A stretch of DNA of 63,754 nucleotides, counting the filler, from Hyphochytrium catenoides (Eukaryota; Protista; Hyphochytriomycota): assembly GCA_900088475.1 (NCBI GenBank). It is 9 parts of 9 records of this genome, joined end to end, with 100 filler letters (N's around TTAATTAATTAA, not from the genome) between each part and the next. Parts side by side here need not be neighbours in the genome. Positions count along the whole stretch, not along the records: positions 21,742 to 27,418 come from FLMG01002179.1; positions 27,519 to 51,173 come from FLMG01003828.1; 7 more parts are not named here. One strand, written 5' to 3'. The notes below the pieces were generated by a model. That model was not told where the DNA came from. It made no database searches and saw only the letters and a list, made by a program, of their open reading frames with translations. This document shows positions 24,701-34,894 of the stretch, in pieces; position 1 is the stretch's first letter; every line of letters starts with the position of its first letter. The translations under genes were made by a program, and so were the position numbers.

Positions 24701-26590
24701 AATGGCCATGTACCTGTTATCGCGTAGTAGAGTTCGGTAGAGTAAGAATAGGTCAGTAAGAGCGAGAAGCTCGGGAGTGAGCAAAGGATCTACATTGACA
24801 AATCCGAGTAGCGTAGGACGAGTCATGGAGCAGCACAAGCGTCGATATGTATAGCACAATGAAGAGGCACAATCCCAAAAAGCCAATGATCCTTAGGTGC
24901 TAATCCCTTGGAAATGACCAAAGAGCGAGGACTTGAGTGAGATGTTGAAAGGAATGAAGCGATGGCGATAGTGGCCGCAAAATCCAGAAGCAAGTGAGAG
25001 GAAGAGAGACATATGCGGACGGTAAGTGAGAGTGTGAGTCATACGGACACAAACAAGATAGAGAACTGAGGAGCTGGGAAATAAATGGCCAAGAAGGAAG
25101 GGTACGAGAGAAGGAGAGAGGCCAATGCACTACGAAGCAACGCACGTTCTGGGCCTCCTATCACGCAGGATAAGCTTACGGGTGCGAGGGAAGTCCTGCA
25201 GACTTTGCCAGAGCAAGACCCAAGCGACCTAGAGAGAGAGACAAAGTGATTGGTACAATAAGTACAACTCATAGTGCTGGGGAGGCGAGCAGGACGCACT
25301 CAGCGAAGCGAGGCTGACAACGAGAGACACACAGGTCATGTCGAGGCATTACTGACGGGTGACGGTAACAGGTAGGCAGGAGGAAGAAAAGCGGTAAAGG
25401 AACAGAAGTCGAGAGGTGCAAAATAGGGAGAGTCCCGCCAGGGAGCCACCTGTCCGAAGTAAAAAAGGATCTTCCACGTGGCATAGATGACGTAGAAGGT
25501 CGCCAGCGCCTTATCTATTGAAAGGCCTAGACGGAAGGAGCTCGTAATGATCTTTTCAGTGAAAGAGAGGCCTAGGAACGTGATGGCGTTCTGAAGAAGC
25601 CCCCACAGTATCCCTAGAACCTGGCGGCAAGATGGAAGAGTTCGAGGATCAAAAGCGACAGGAAAAGAGAGAGCGGCGGTGAGAGAATGTGTGAGGGAGA
25701 GAGAGCGCCAGGAGATCAGAAAGCAGAATGTCAGAGGAGAGCCTCGGCTGAAGATGGAGAAGAGTAATGAAAGGACAGTAGTCAGAGAGAGAGGGAAAGA
25801 AGAGGGTGACGGAGATGAAGATAGTAAGCAGACAGATAGAAGCAACGACAAGCGACGAGAGAGGGATAAGCCAGCCATCGGTACGATGTTCCTCCTGCCG
25901 AACGTTCTCTCCTCCGGCGACCGAGACTCACTCCCCACTGCGCCCCCTCCTCCTCTCTCCTCTGGCTTCAGCGCCTTCTCTCTTCTTCTCCCGTTCTCTC
26001 CCTACCTGTAGCACCATGTATGCAAACGCCCAGGAGACGAGACTATCGACCCAGCTGACTCTTCTGTATATCTGGCGGGGGATGTAGACCAGCCAGACCC
26101 GGAGGAACTCGTCCAGAAGCAAGAGCGGTAGCGCGTACAGGTCCACATCTCTAGGCAGGGGAACGGAGGAGGCAGAGGTTGAACGCACGTAGAGAGTACG
26201 GCCATAACGCTCTCTGCGCCGCTTGTTTTCTGATATGGGAATGGGATGAAGCTCGACCTTTGCCCTTTTGGTCTTCTCCCGTTCTAGGGAGTTAGGGGTA
26301 GGAGGTGAGCCCTCTATCACCTTCTTGCTTTCCTTGTTTCCCGTTGCCTCGATGTTCTTGGCTGGGCTCTGGAGAGCAGGAGAATGGGGCTCACGGACCT
26401 CCATGCTGAAGAATTGTTCTCCTGCTTTCGTCTTCCCAAGAAGACCGCGGCCCCCGGGTGGTCAGACTTCAAAGCGAAGGGCAGAAACTCCTTGCGAGAC
26501 TGCTACACCTTCCTTCTGGAGCACGGGCAATTGCTCTTGCCGATCTCTGATAGTTTTCCAATAATATCTTCTTCCTTTGGCCTCTGATCT
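21742..26590 (-). CDS. Partial multi-pass membrane protein, possibly leading into a class-3 lipase domain
   Basis: A series of hydrophobic exons with GT-AG boundaries (about 26009-26590, 25375-25620, 24470-24935, 22669-23476, 22008-22509). The last exon YPVCMHEWFGLPLMDYALFSLLAY...PQFFE resembles the lead-in to membrane-anchored Lipase_3 domains. The catalytic GHSxG motif is not in the contig. Confidence 0.55.
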
Positions 26591-26655
26591 CTTCTCCTCC
26601 CTGTCTCTCAGCCCTGCACACCTCAGTCACCTCTCTCTCTCTCACTTGAGGACTC

Positions 26656-26688
<33 letters not shown>

Positions 26689-29522
26689 TTCTCTGTGCTC
26701 TCTCTCTCTCTCTCCCTCCCTCTCTCTGTTCTCTTACAGATCAGAATGTCTGGGGTCCAAAGGTCAACTTCTCATCAGCAAAAAAGCTCCATCTTGACCT
26801 CTTTCCCACCTACGAGACAGACAGAGCACAAGTCAACAGACGAGACAGAGAGGTTATTACTGGTAGACAGAGATACTCAATAGATACGTGCTGTAGCTTG
26901 ACCTAACCCCTGAAGGAAAGAAAACGAGGCAATGAGAGATATGCTACGAGATAGATAAGAAGAGGAGGAAAGAAGCTGCAGCAGAGCCGGCAACGGCAAG
27001 CTCGTAGGATGACCAGCTTCACTTCTTCACCGCGTCATCAGCAAGAGAGGAGGAGGAGGGGGCAAGGATGGAGGGAGGGACGATGATGGTCGTGATGATG
27101 GAGGAGATGGACAGCAAGAGAGGCTGCGGGGGCGGCAGGAGAAGAGGCAGTGGGGGCGGCGGGAGGAGAAGCGGCGGCCGTATACCGACTATTAAGGACC
27201 CGATCATCCCGATGCCGTGCCTGTGGCGCACAACATCAGCTGCTGCGTGGTCGGTGAGCTCCACCTTCCAGCCCGGCTTGATTGCCCAGCCGTGTATGTG
27301 AGGAGGAAACCCTCTGGCAACTGCAAACCGGGGAGCATTTTTGGCTCTGCAAGGAGTTACCAAGATAGGCGAGGAGGAAGCCCCTGAGAAAGAGCACACT
27401 GGGACGGAAGGAAAGTAANNNNNNNNNNNNNNNNNNNNNNNNNNNNNNNNNNNNNNNNNNNNTTAATTAATTAANNNNNNNNNNNNNNNNNNNNNNNNNN
27501 NNNNNNNNNNNNNNNNNNATTGTCGTCTCGTCTCTCTCTCTTCTCTCTCTCTCTCTTTGTCTCTCTCCTCTCTCTCTCTTTCTCTCTCTCCTCTCTCTCT
27601 CGCTTTCTCTCTCTCCTCTCTCTCCTCTCTCTCCTCTCTCTCCTTTCTCTCTTTCTCTTTCTCTCCCTCGTTGTCGCTCTCTCCTCTCTTCCTCTCCTCT
27701 CTCTCCCTCTCTCTCTTTCTCTCTCCTTCTGGCTCTCGTCTCTCGTCCTCTCTTCCACTTATATAAGTAATAGATATATCTAGTGAACTGGGTTAATAAA
27801 TGTACGCGGACAAGTAGCTTCCTGAAATAACTAGCAACTTGCAAGACTTGAAGGGATTGTCGAGCTCCCATGGTCATTTACACAAGTACAAGTACCACAA
27901 AGATCACAAGTATGGCTGAATATATCTTAGGGTTACGTTGTACCTAGCAAGCGCTTGTACCTTCCCACATACTTACTTGTACCATACAAGGCCCTTATAC
28001 CATATTGTCTTGTACTTAAATACTGCATCTCTTCCGTGTCCCTTCGAACAGTAAGTACAGTAGTCAACTAGAAAACACTCTTTACTTATTTTTGGGTAAT
28101 AAAGGCCACATCAACTGCATAAAACGTTATAATAATAAGAACGAAAAATAAACCCAGAAAATTCGTGTAAAACAGTAGTCTACTCATCATCCAAGACGAG
28201 GTAACCCTAAAAAAAAAAAAAGATGCTCCTCTAATACATTTCTCGACCTGTAATTATTCGGGGAAAATGGGAGAATAAACGGTTGCTTTTAGCACATCAA
28301 GCCTCCTTTTTATTAGGCTTTATTTAGTTAGGGTTACGGTTAAAGAAACCCTATTTTTGAGTGAGAAGAGTGCGATGTAAAATAACTGAATACTGAATAC
28401 TGGACACTTCTTTATGAATAAAGGAGGATAGAGGGGTAGTAGTACTACTACGATAAACACTGCCAATAGGTGGCAGCCCCCATGACGTAGAACCGCCTGC
28501 GCTCGCTCGCTCCGTTGTCCTGCGCTGTACCTGGCTTTGGCACTGCTTGAGCACTCGTTCTGTTGCCTCTCCTCTTATGGTTCAGAAAAGAGCACAGACA
28601 CCCTTTTCGTGGTTTGGCAAAGTAGCAGAGTCAGAGGACAGGACGAATTTGATAAAGTGAGAGACCATTCGTTACCTCCTTCGAGCACAATCATTGCTCT
28701 GGGGGTTATTAGGGTTGTTTCTTGCTGATAGTGGTTGCGACTCTTAGGTGGTCGTCGTCCACATGCTTTCTTCTCAGGCGAAGGAGGAAGGAAAGGGACT
28801 GGTACAGAGAAAGAGTGGAGCCGAAGAATGAAACATAGCTAAAGAAAGGCAGGGGACCTTGGTCGACATCCACTCAGAGTATCTCTGATGATAAAAGCTG
28901 TTCTAGCGGTTCTTGCCCACGTGGAGAGTCATTAGATAATGGCAAAAGATAAAAATGTTAGGAGGAAAGAGGAGACGACCTCAGACGAATAGAAGCTTTA
29001 CTCCTCTTCTCTCACTTTGCAGAGCTAGTCGCTCAATTTTTTTGTTGGTCATCACTTCCCAGGGAGGTTAACCAAAGACTGTGGGCGTGGAGCGACGACC
29101 TTTTATGAAGGGGAAGGTAAGCAAAGAAGAGAAAGAAGCCATTGGACTTTTCCCAAGCAACAAGTCTAATGGCAGAGCGATGAACACTACAGCACGAGCC
29201 AAGACTGAGAGTCGAAGCTTGAGCGGAGGTGGCTGGGAAGTAATACTGTTCGCTTATTCATCAAGGGAACGACTCAAAAAGAATAAGAGAGAAGAAGAAA
29301 GGTTGCCCGCCTTCCGTTTCCTTCTTCTTCTGCGTGTCAGTTAGGTAGATGACGGACAGCATACGAGTACTGCTTATGACAAAGCACAAGGTCGAAACCC
29401 TTGGTAGAAAGGTGCATTAGGTGCGGTATATATAGTCTAGGGACTGCCAATTAAATAAAGGAGGAAAGAGGAGAGGAAAGACTACTCATCGACGACAAGG
29501 ATGGTAGATACTCATGGCCCAA

Positions 29523-30362
29523 CTAGATGAGCCCGAAGTTCACAGCATTAGCCTGCACATTGGCATTTGTCTGAGCGTTGGCGCTTCCTGCCTTGCCAAA
29601 GATACCAGAGCTGCCGCCAGTACTGCTGCCAAATGAAGAACCTGTTCCGACTGCAATGCTGTTGCCTCCTAGGCCAAAGGGACTGTTTTTGTCAAGGAAA
29701 TAAGAGAGAAAGAAAAAGAGGGCGGCAGCAAAGGTGAGATTAGGCTAAACAGGAGACACACACACAGAGACAGATAAAGAGAGCGCGCGCGAGAGAGAAA
29801 GACAGTAGAGCGTTCAGTGAGAGGAGAATTAAACACAAGGAAGAGTAGATAAGATCTCACAGAGCTGTTCTTCCTACCTCTTTTGACCCTGACTGATGGC
29901 ATTGGCATTGCTATTCGCATTTGCGACTTCAGCTTTCTTTCCTCCTAGCCAGTAGTCCAGACTGAATGGATTCGTATTGGTGACCGTTGTCCCTTGTGTC
30001 TGAGATCCAGCCGTGGACAGAACGCTGGCACTCTGGCCTCCTCCCTGGTTAAAAAGGCTTCCTAGAGGACTTCCTCCAGCAGAGACGAAGGCGCCAGTGT
30101 TGGAGCCACTAACTGAGTTTGAAAGACCGCCATTGAATCCCCCCGCCGTGTACGAAGTGGAAGAGGCCGTTCCGCTAGAATAGCCTGAAACAGAGGCTCT
30201 TTCTCCCCCGAAGGTGTTGACGCTACCCCCGCTGATTGACTGTGTGCTAGAAGAGGTTTGTCCCCCGCCTAGAGCGAGCCCACGAAGGCTTTTTTCCTCC
30301 GCTGCGGCAATAGCGCTAAGTGCGGCAAGGAGTAGGAGAGATGAAGCTGAGAGGATCTTCAT
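29523..30362 (-). CDS. Secreted Gly/Ser/Ala/Asn-rich low-complexity protein (about 206 aa, 2 exons)
   Basis: Signal peptide MKILSASSLLLLAALSAIAAA then EEKSLRGL. Exon 29888-30362 joins 29523-29668 in frame (GGNSIAVGTGSS...NANVQANAVNFGLI*) through a GT-AG intron. Confidence 0.8.
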
Positions 30363-31844
30363 GGTAAGGAAAGAGGTTGTTGACGGTAAAATTCTTTGTC
30401 GCTTAGACGAGGCCTGTGCGAGGGCTGGTGCTTGAGCTCTTGGAGGGCAATTGGATTATGAAGAGACAGGGATGTGACGGGCAAGAGATGAAAGGCTAGG
30501 GCAGAGAGGCTTGGAGCTGCGTGAGCAAGAGAAGAACTCGAGAACGGAAGAACAACATCACAGAATGACAACAGAAACAAAAGCAGATCATCTGTAAAAC
30601 CCGCTATGTGGCTCTCGTTATCCAGAGATCTTTTCAGGGATCGGAATCCTTAAGGACAGGCAGAAAAGGCTGGAAATGTTGGAGGCTATGGCCTATGGCC
30701 TGAACGTTGCTATCTAACTTCTCTCCTCTGCCACCCTCTCCTGACTCGAGACAAACAGTGCGACAGAAGGACTGGAGATAAAAAGAGGGGCATCTTCCTA
30801 AGATGGATTCTGCTTGTGGGAGACGGTGAACTGTCATTGCAGAGAAGAGGCAAGAATAAGCATCGCGGAAAGGGCACGAGGGACGTGGACTAAAGAGAAC
30901 CTATTTCTTGACGAAGACCGGCGAGGGTTCTCTAGAAATAGAAGTTCCAAAACTGGCGAGAAGAAAATGTGCACGGAGGTGAGGAGAAAGACAAAAGGAA
31001 AGCGAGGGTGGAGAGAAAGAAGAGAGAAAGAGAGAGTGAGAAGAGAGAGAGAGAGAGACAAAAGCCCAAAGAGGAGCCCGCGACAGAGCGGGAGAGAGAG
31101 AGAGAGTTCTATGAGACAGAGATAGTTTTATGACGCACTTAAAGCTTTACTACTAAAGCTAGATAGAAAGGCGCAACAGCCGAGCGGAGAGAGAGGAGTC
31201 TAAGAAGGCACCATCAAATTGTTAAGAACCCTCTACGTTTCTTACTATAACCAAATACATTTTTAGAAGTGAAAAGGTAGAACCAGTGGCCCCAGTTCGA
31301 CACAGGGAGGGATAATAACCCTAACCCTAAGCCTAACCCAATTTTTCTGCAAAAGAACCGGAGCAGAACCGATTCTATGGAAACAGGGCGAGGCCATCAC
31401 GGATGAACTTCCAAGAGCGGGCCCCCAGTTCTCCATCCCATTTACAAAATGAAGAGTGATAGAGCCATTCTATCAATAAGAACCAAGGCAATTTTTCCCT
31501 TGTGGTTCCACCTCTTTTCTATTTATAAGGAAAGGGCAGACACAAGTTGAGACTAAACAGTAGTAGTTCCAATGGGGATCGGCACTCAGAATGATTGATC
31601 TTGCTCCTCTTCTTCGAACCCTTTCCTATCAGTATCTTTCTTAACTTTTTTTTTGTGGTTTCTTTGCATCAGAGCCTAGGACATAAAAAAAACATAATTT
31701 TTTATCACTACTTAGCAAACTAATCTAGAAGAAGAAATAGTTATCTGTCCTTATTATTTATTAACTACTTATAAAATATACAGATATACCTATCTCCCAT
31801 CAACTGTTATTGAAGAACTACTACTATCGCAACTAACAGACTAA

Positions 31845-32440
31845 TTCTAGAAGAAGAAGAAAGTGAAGAAGAAGAAGAGGCAGAAGAAGAGAAGAAAAGC
31901 TAAGAAGCCTTAGGGCTCTTCCCTCATCTCAGCTCGAAGCTGCTCCCTGCTCATCATCAGTGAAAGAAGAATCATAGTTGATTTCCTCAGTCATGATGAG
32001 CGGAGAAGAAGGAGGAGGAGGAGGTGAACCACCAGCAGCCATGTCATCACCAGCAACCATGTCATCACCGTCGAGCTCAGCCGTCGCGAGACAAGCAAGA
32101 CAAGGGTCCAGCTGTTCAGGAGGAATGCGCTTCAAGATTTGAAGTGCATTTTCCTCCTGAATGGCCAAAGACACTCGCGTATGAAGGCGTAGGCCCATAA
32201 TAGCTAAGCGAGACCAAGGACCAAGATGCCGAGAACCATCAAGAGCGGAGCGGTCACATTGAAGCTTCACCAGGCGTCCCACACAATCAACGACGCCTTG
32301 CATAGCTCCCCCAAACGACGCCCAGACGAGCGGAATAAACTGCAGCCTTACAAGGAACCTCACATTTCTTTAGCTTCGCTTTCTCAGACAAACGGCCTCG
32401 ATAGCCAGCGTGGACTGCTGCATAGGAAAGGGTTCTAGAT
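31845..32440 (-). mobile_element. 5'-truncated non-LTR retrotransposon 3' end (RLE/CRE-like), copy 1, with (TTC)n tail
   Basis: LQFIPLVWASFGG...RVSLAIQEENA is typical of the C-terminus of restriction-like endonuclease retroposons. The ORF ends EEINYDSSFTDDE and is followed by a TTC-rich tail. Confidence 0.7.
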
Positions 32441-32487
32441 GTCTTTTTTATAAGAAGAACTTTTAGAAGTATGGACTACTAAAAATG

Positions 32488-33070
32488 TCTACTAAGAAGA
32501 AGAAAAGATGAAGTATGAAGAAGGAAAAAAGAAGAAGCAAAAGAGGAAGAAGATAGAGAAAGAAACAAGGAAAGCTATGACGCCTTGGTCTCTTCCTCCT
32601 CAACACGATCTCCTCCACACTCATCATCAGTGAAGACAGAATCATAATTGATCTCTTCAGTAATAACAAGGGGAGAAGGAGGAGGAGGAGGTGAATCATC
32701 AACCACAATGCCATCCATCGTCAGCAACTTCAAACGCTAACCCTAACCCATAATAGAGACTCTCGTGTGAAGGCGCAATAAAACCATGGCCAAACGGGAC
32801 CATTGACCAAGATGCCGAGAAGCATCAAGAGCAGAGCGGTCACAATGAAGCTTCACCAGATTGCTTACACAATCAACGACGCCCGGCATAGCACCTCCAA
32901 AGGACTCCCAGACCAATGGAACAAATTGCAGCCCTACAGCCCGGCCAGGTGCCTCATCATACTCTTTCAACTTCGCCTTTTCGGACAAACGACCTTGATA
33001 GCCTGCGTGGACTGCTGCATAAGGAAGGGTTCTAGATTGCACCGAGTGACAGACACATCAAAGACTGTAT
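32488..33070 (-). mobile_element. 5'-truncated RLE-type non-LTR retrotransposon, copy 2 (frameshifted, internally deleted)
   Basis: FDVSV...(frameshift) EKAKLKEY...GLQFVPLVWESFGG. It is a tandem paralogue of 31845-32440 with the same EEINYDS.FTDDE end and TTC tail. Confidence 0.72.
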
Positions 33071-33889
33071 GCTGATATGAGGCGGAGACTGAAGCGCATT
33101 TCTTCTTTCTTCTCCTCCTTCTTCTTCTCCTCCACCTCCTCCTTCTTCTTCTTCATTCACTTCTTAGTAAGTTAAAATAAATCATAAACAATACAATGTA
33201 TGGAATCTAATGTTGATGATTGATGATGATAATTTTTTTGTCAAAAAGTAGCAACCTAATAAGAACTGTTGAAAGTTGAAAGGGCAAGTGCTACTGCTAG
33301 TTCGTCGATAAGTTAGATAGTTTGAGCTTGGCAACAGTATCAGGAGGAGCAATGTCAAACCTCAACAATCCTACTCGTTCAAGCGTTCTTTAGCGTCGTC
33401 GGTGACGGACCTTTGGTGGTGGAGGAGCTATGGCCCACCACCGCGAGACTAATACGAAGCTAGGGCGACCCACCACGACAGATGTAACGATGGCCATTGA
33501 AGGAACGCGAAGGCAATGAAAGAAGAAAGGCAGGTTAAAAGCAGGTAAGAAATCGAACAGCTTTTCTTTCCATGGCCGTAGAGATGATGGCTTGCCTTAA
33601 CCAAAGATTAGTATCTACTTTTCTATATTGAAAAAGCCCCTGCTGCCGCCGCTGAGTGAAGATAACGAGCTACCTTCTCCCAAGCGAACCGGCTTCGGGT
33701 TTAATAAGCTTAAGACTAGGATGGAAACATTTGCTCCTCCTCTATGAGGCTGGATAGAAGATAGATCACTCGCTATCCGTCCACGCCTGGCCTCTTTTTA
33801 GAAAAAAAATATACGAAGAAGGGAATAAAGTTAACGTCGCCGCCGTGTTGACCTTCGTTGGCTGAGAGGCTGGTGGCAGACTGGAAAAC

Positions 33890-34894
33890 TTAGTTAATGA
33901 TAACACCGTTATTGCCGTGCTCCACGACGTATCTGCTGCCAGTGCCGATGTCGGAGAAGGCGAACTGCGGTTTCTTATCATCTTCGTGGTGGACGCAGTG
34001 GTAGCCAGGGTAGGTGATGTCAGAGACCATGTAGCCAAGGATGGGCCTGTGCTTGTCATCGCGTCCAACGTTCAGAGTGCCAGGAAGGCCAGCCATCTCT
34101 TCACCAACTCCTACGAAGTGAGTGCAGTCATACGGACCTTCGACGCCAGGGAAGCGGACATTCTGAAGAACAACAGGGACAAATCTGTTCTTAAAGTCCT
34201 CGATGCTTGTCACTGGAGGAGCCTGAGGCATTGCCAGAATGCGGTATCCAAACTTGGTGTTGATGCGGATCTCGCCTTCTCCGGGGTTGTCAGTTCTGAT
34301 CACTGGAGGTCCCGTGGCAGGAATGTGTGGGATACCAGTGAACTCATCTCTGGGGTCATCGCGATCCTGTGGCCAGCTATCCTGCCACTCGTGCTGGCGA
34401 ACGATGCGGCCGTCATGGTAGATGATGGTTGTGCAGTGGCCGTTGTAGCAGTGGCTCCTGCGACCGCTGCCTAGAATATTTTGGTAGATGTTTCCATTAT
34501 TCCAGAAGGTGCCCGTGTACAGCGGGCGAGTTTGCCAGTAGGCGAAGTTAGGGACGTAGAGGTTAGGGTATGCAAGAGGGGCAGCAATGGCGCTACCGTA
34601 GGCGTAGGCACCGCCAAAGCCAAAGCCTCCGGCGAAAGCGGAAGCGCTAGCAGAGGCGCTGCTACCGCCCCACCAACCTCCTGACGACGCGCTTGCGGAT
34701 CCAGAGGCAAAAGCACCACCGAAACCAGAAGAGATGGCCGTCGAACTGGCTGATGCACTGCCGCTACCGATAGCGGAAGCACTGCCTTGAGCGAACTGAA
34801 GAGCGCGAAGATTGTTCTTCTGAACCTCTTCAGCATTGACACCTTGGCCGACAGCGGCCACGAGGAGAACGGAGACGATGGATACGAACTTCAT
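33890..34894 (-). CDS. Secreted protein (334 aa, intronless): silk-like Ser/Ala/Gly region plus unrecognised globular C-terminal domain
   Basis: Signal peptide MKFVSIVSVLLVAAVGQGVNA, then EEVQKNNLRAL, then (SA)n/GGF-rich sequence, then about 220 aa of complex sequence. Long uninterrupted ATG-TAA ORF. Confidence 0.85.
   Translation of the reverse strand: MKFVSIVSVLLVAAVGQGVNAEEVQKNNLRALQFAQGSASAIGSGSASASSTAISSGFGGAFASGSASASSGGWWGGSSASASASAFAGGFGFGGAYAYGSAIAAPLAYPNLYVPNFAYWQTRPLYTGTFWNNGNIYQNILGSGRRSHCYNGHCTTIIYHDGRIVRQHEWQDSWPQDRDDPRDEFTGIPHIPATGPPVIRTDNPGEGEIRINTKFGYRILAMPQAPPVTSIEDFKNRFVPVVLQNVRFPGVEGPYDCTHFVGVGEEMAGLPGTLNVGRDDKHRPILGYMVSDITYPGYHCVHHEDDKKPQFAFSDIGTGSRYVVEHGNNGVIIN

Noticed and set aside
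31271-31518. Possible MITE (GGTAGAACCA ... TGGTTCCACC)
   Set aside because: The inverted match is short and imperfect, with no target-site duplication and no second copy in the window.
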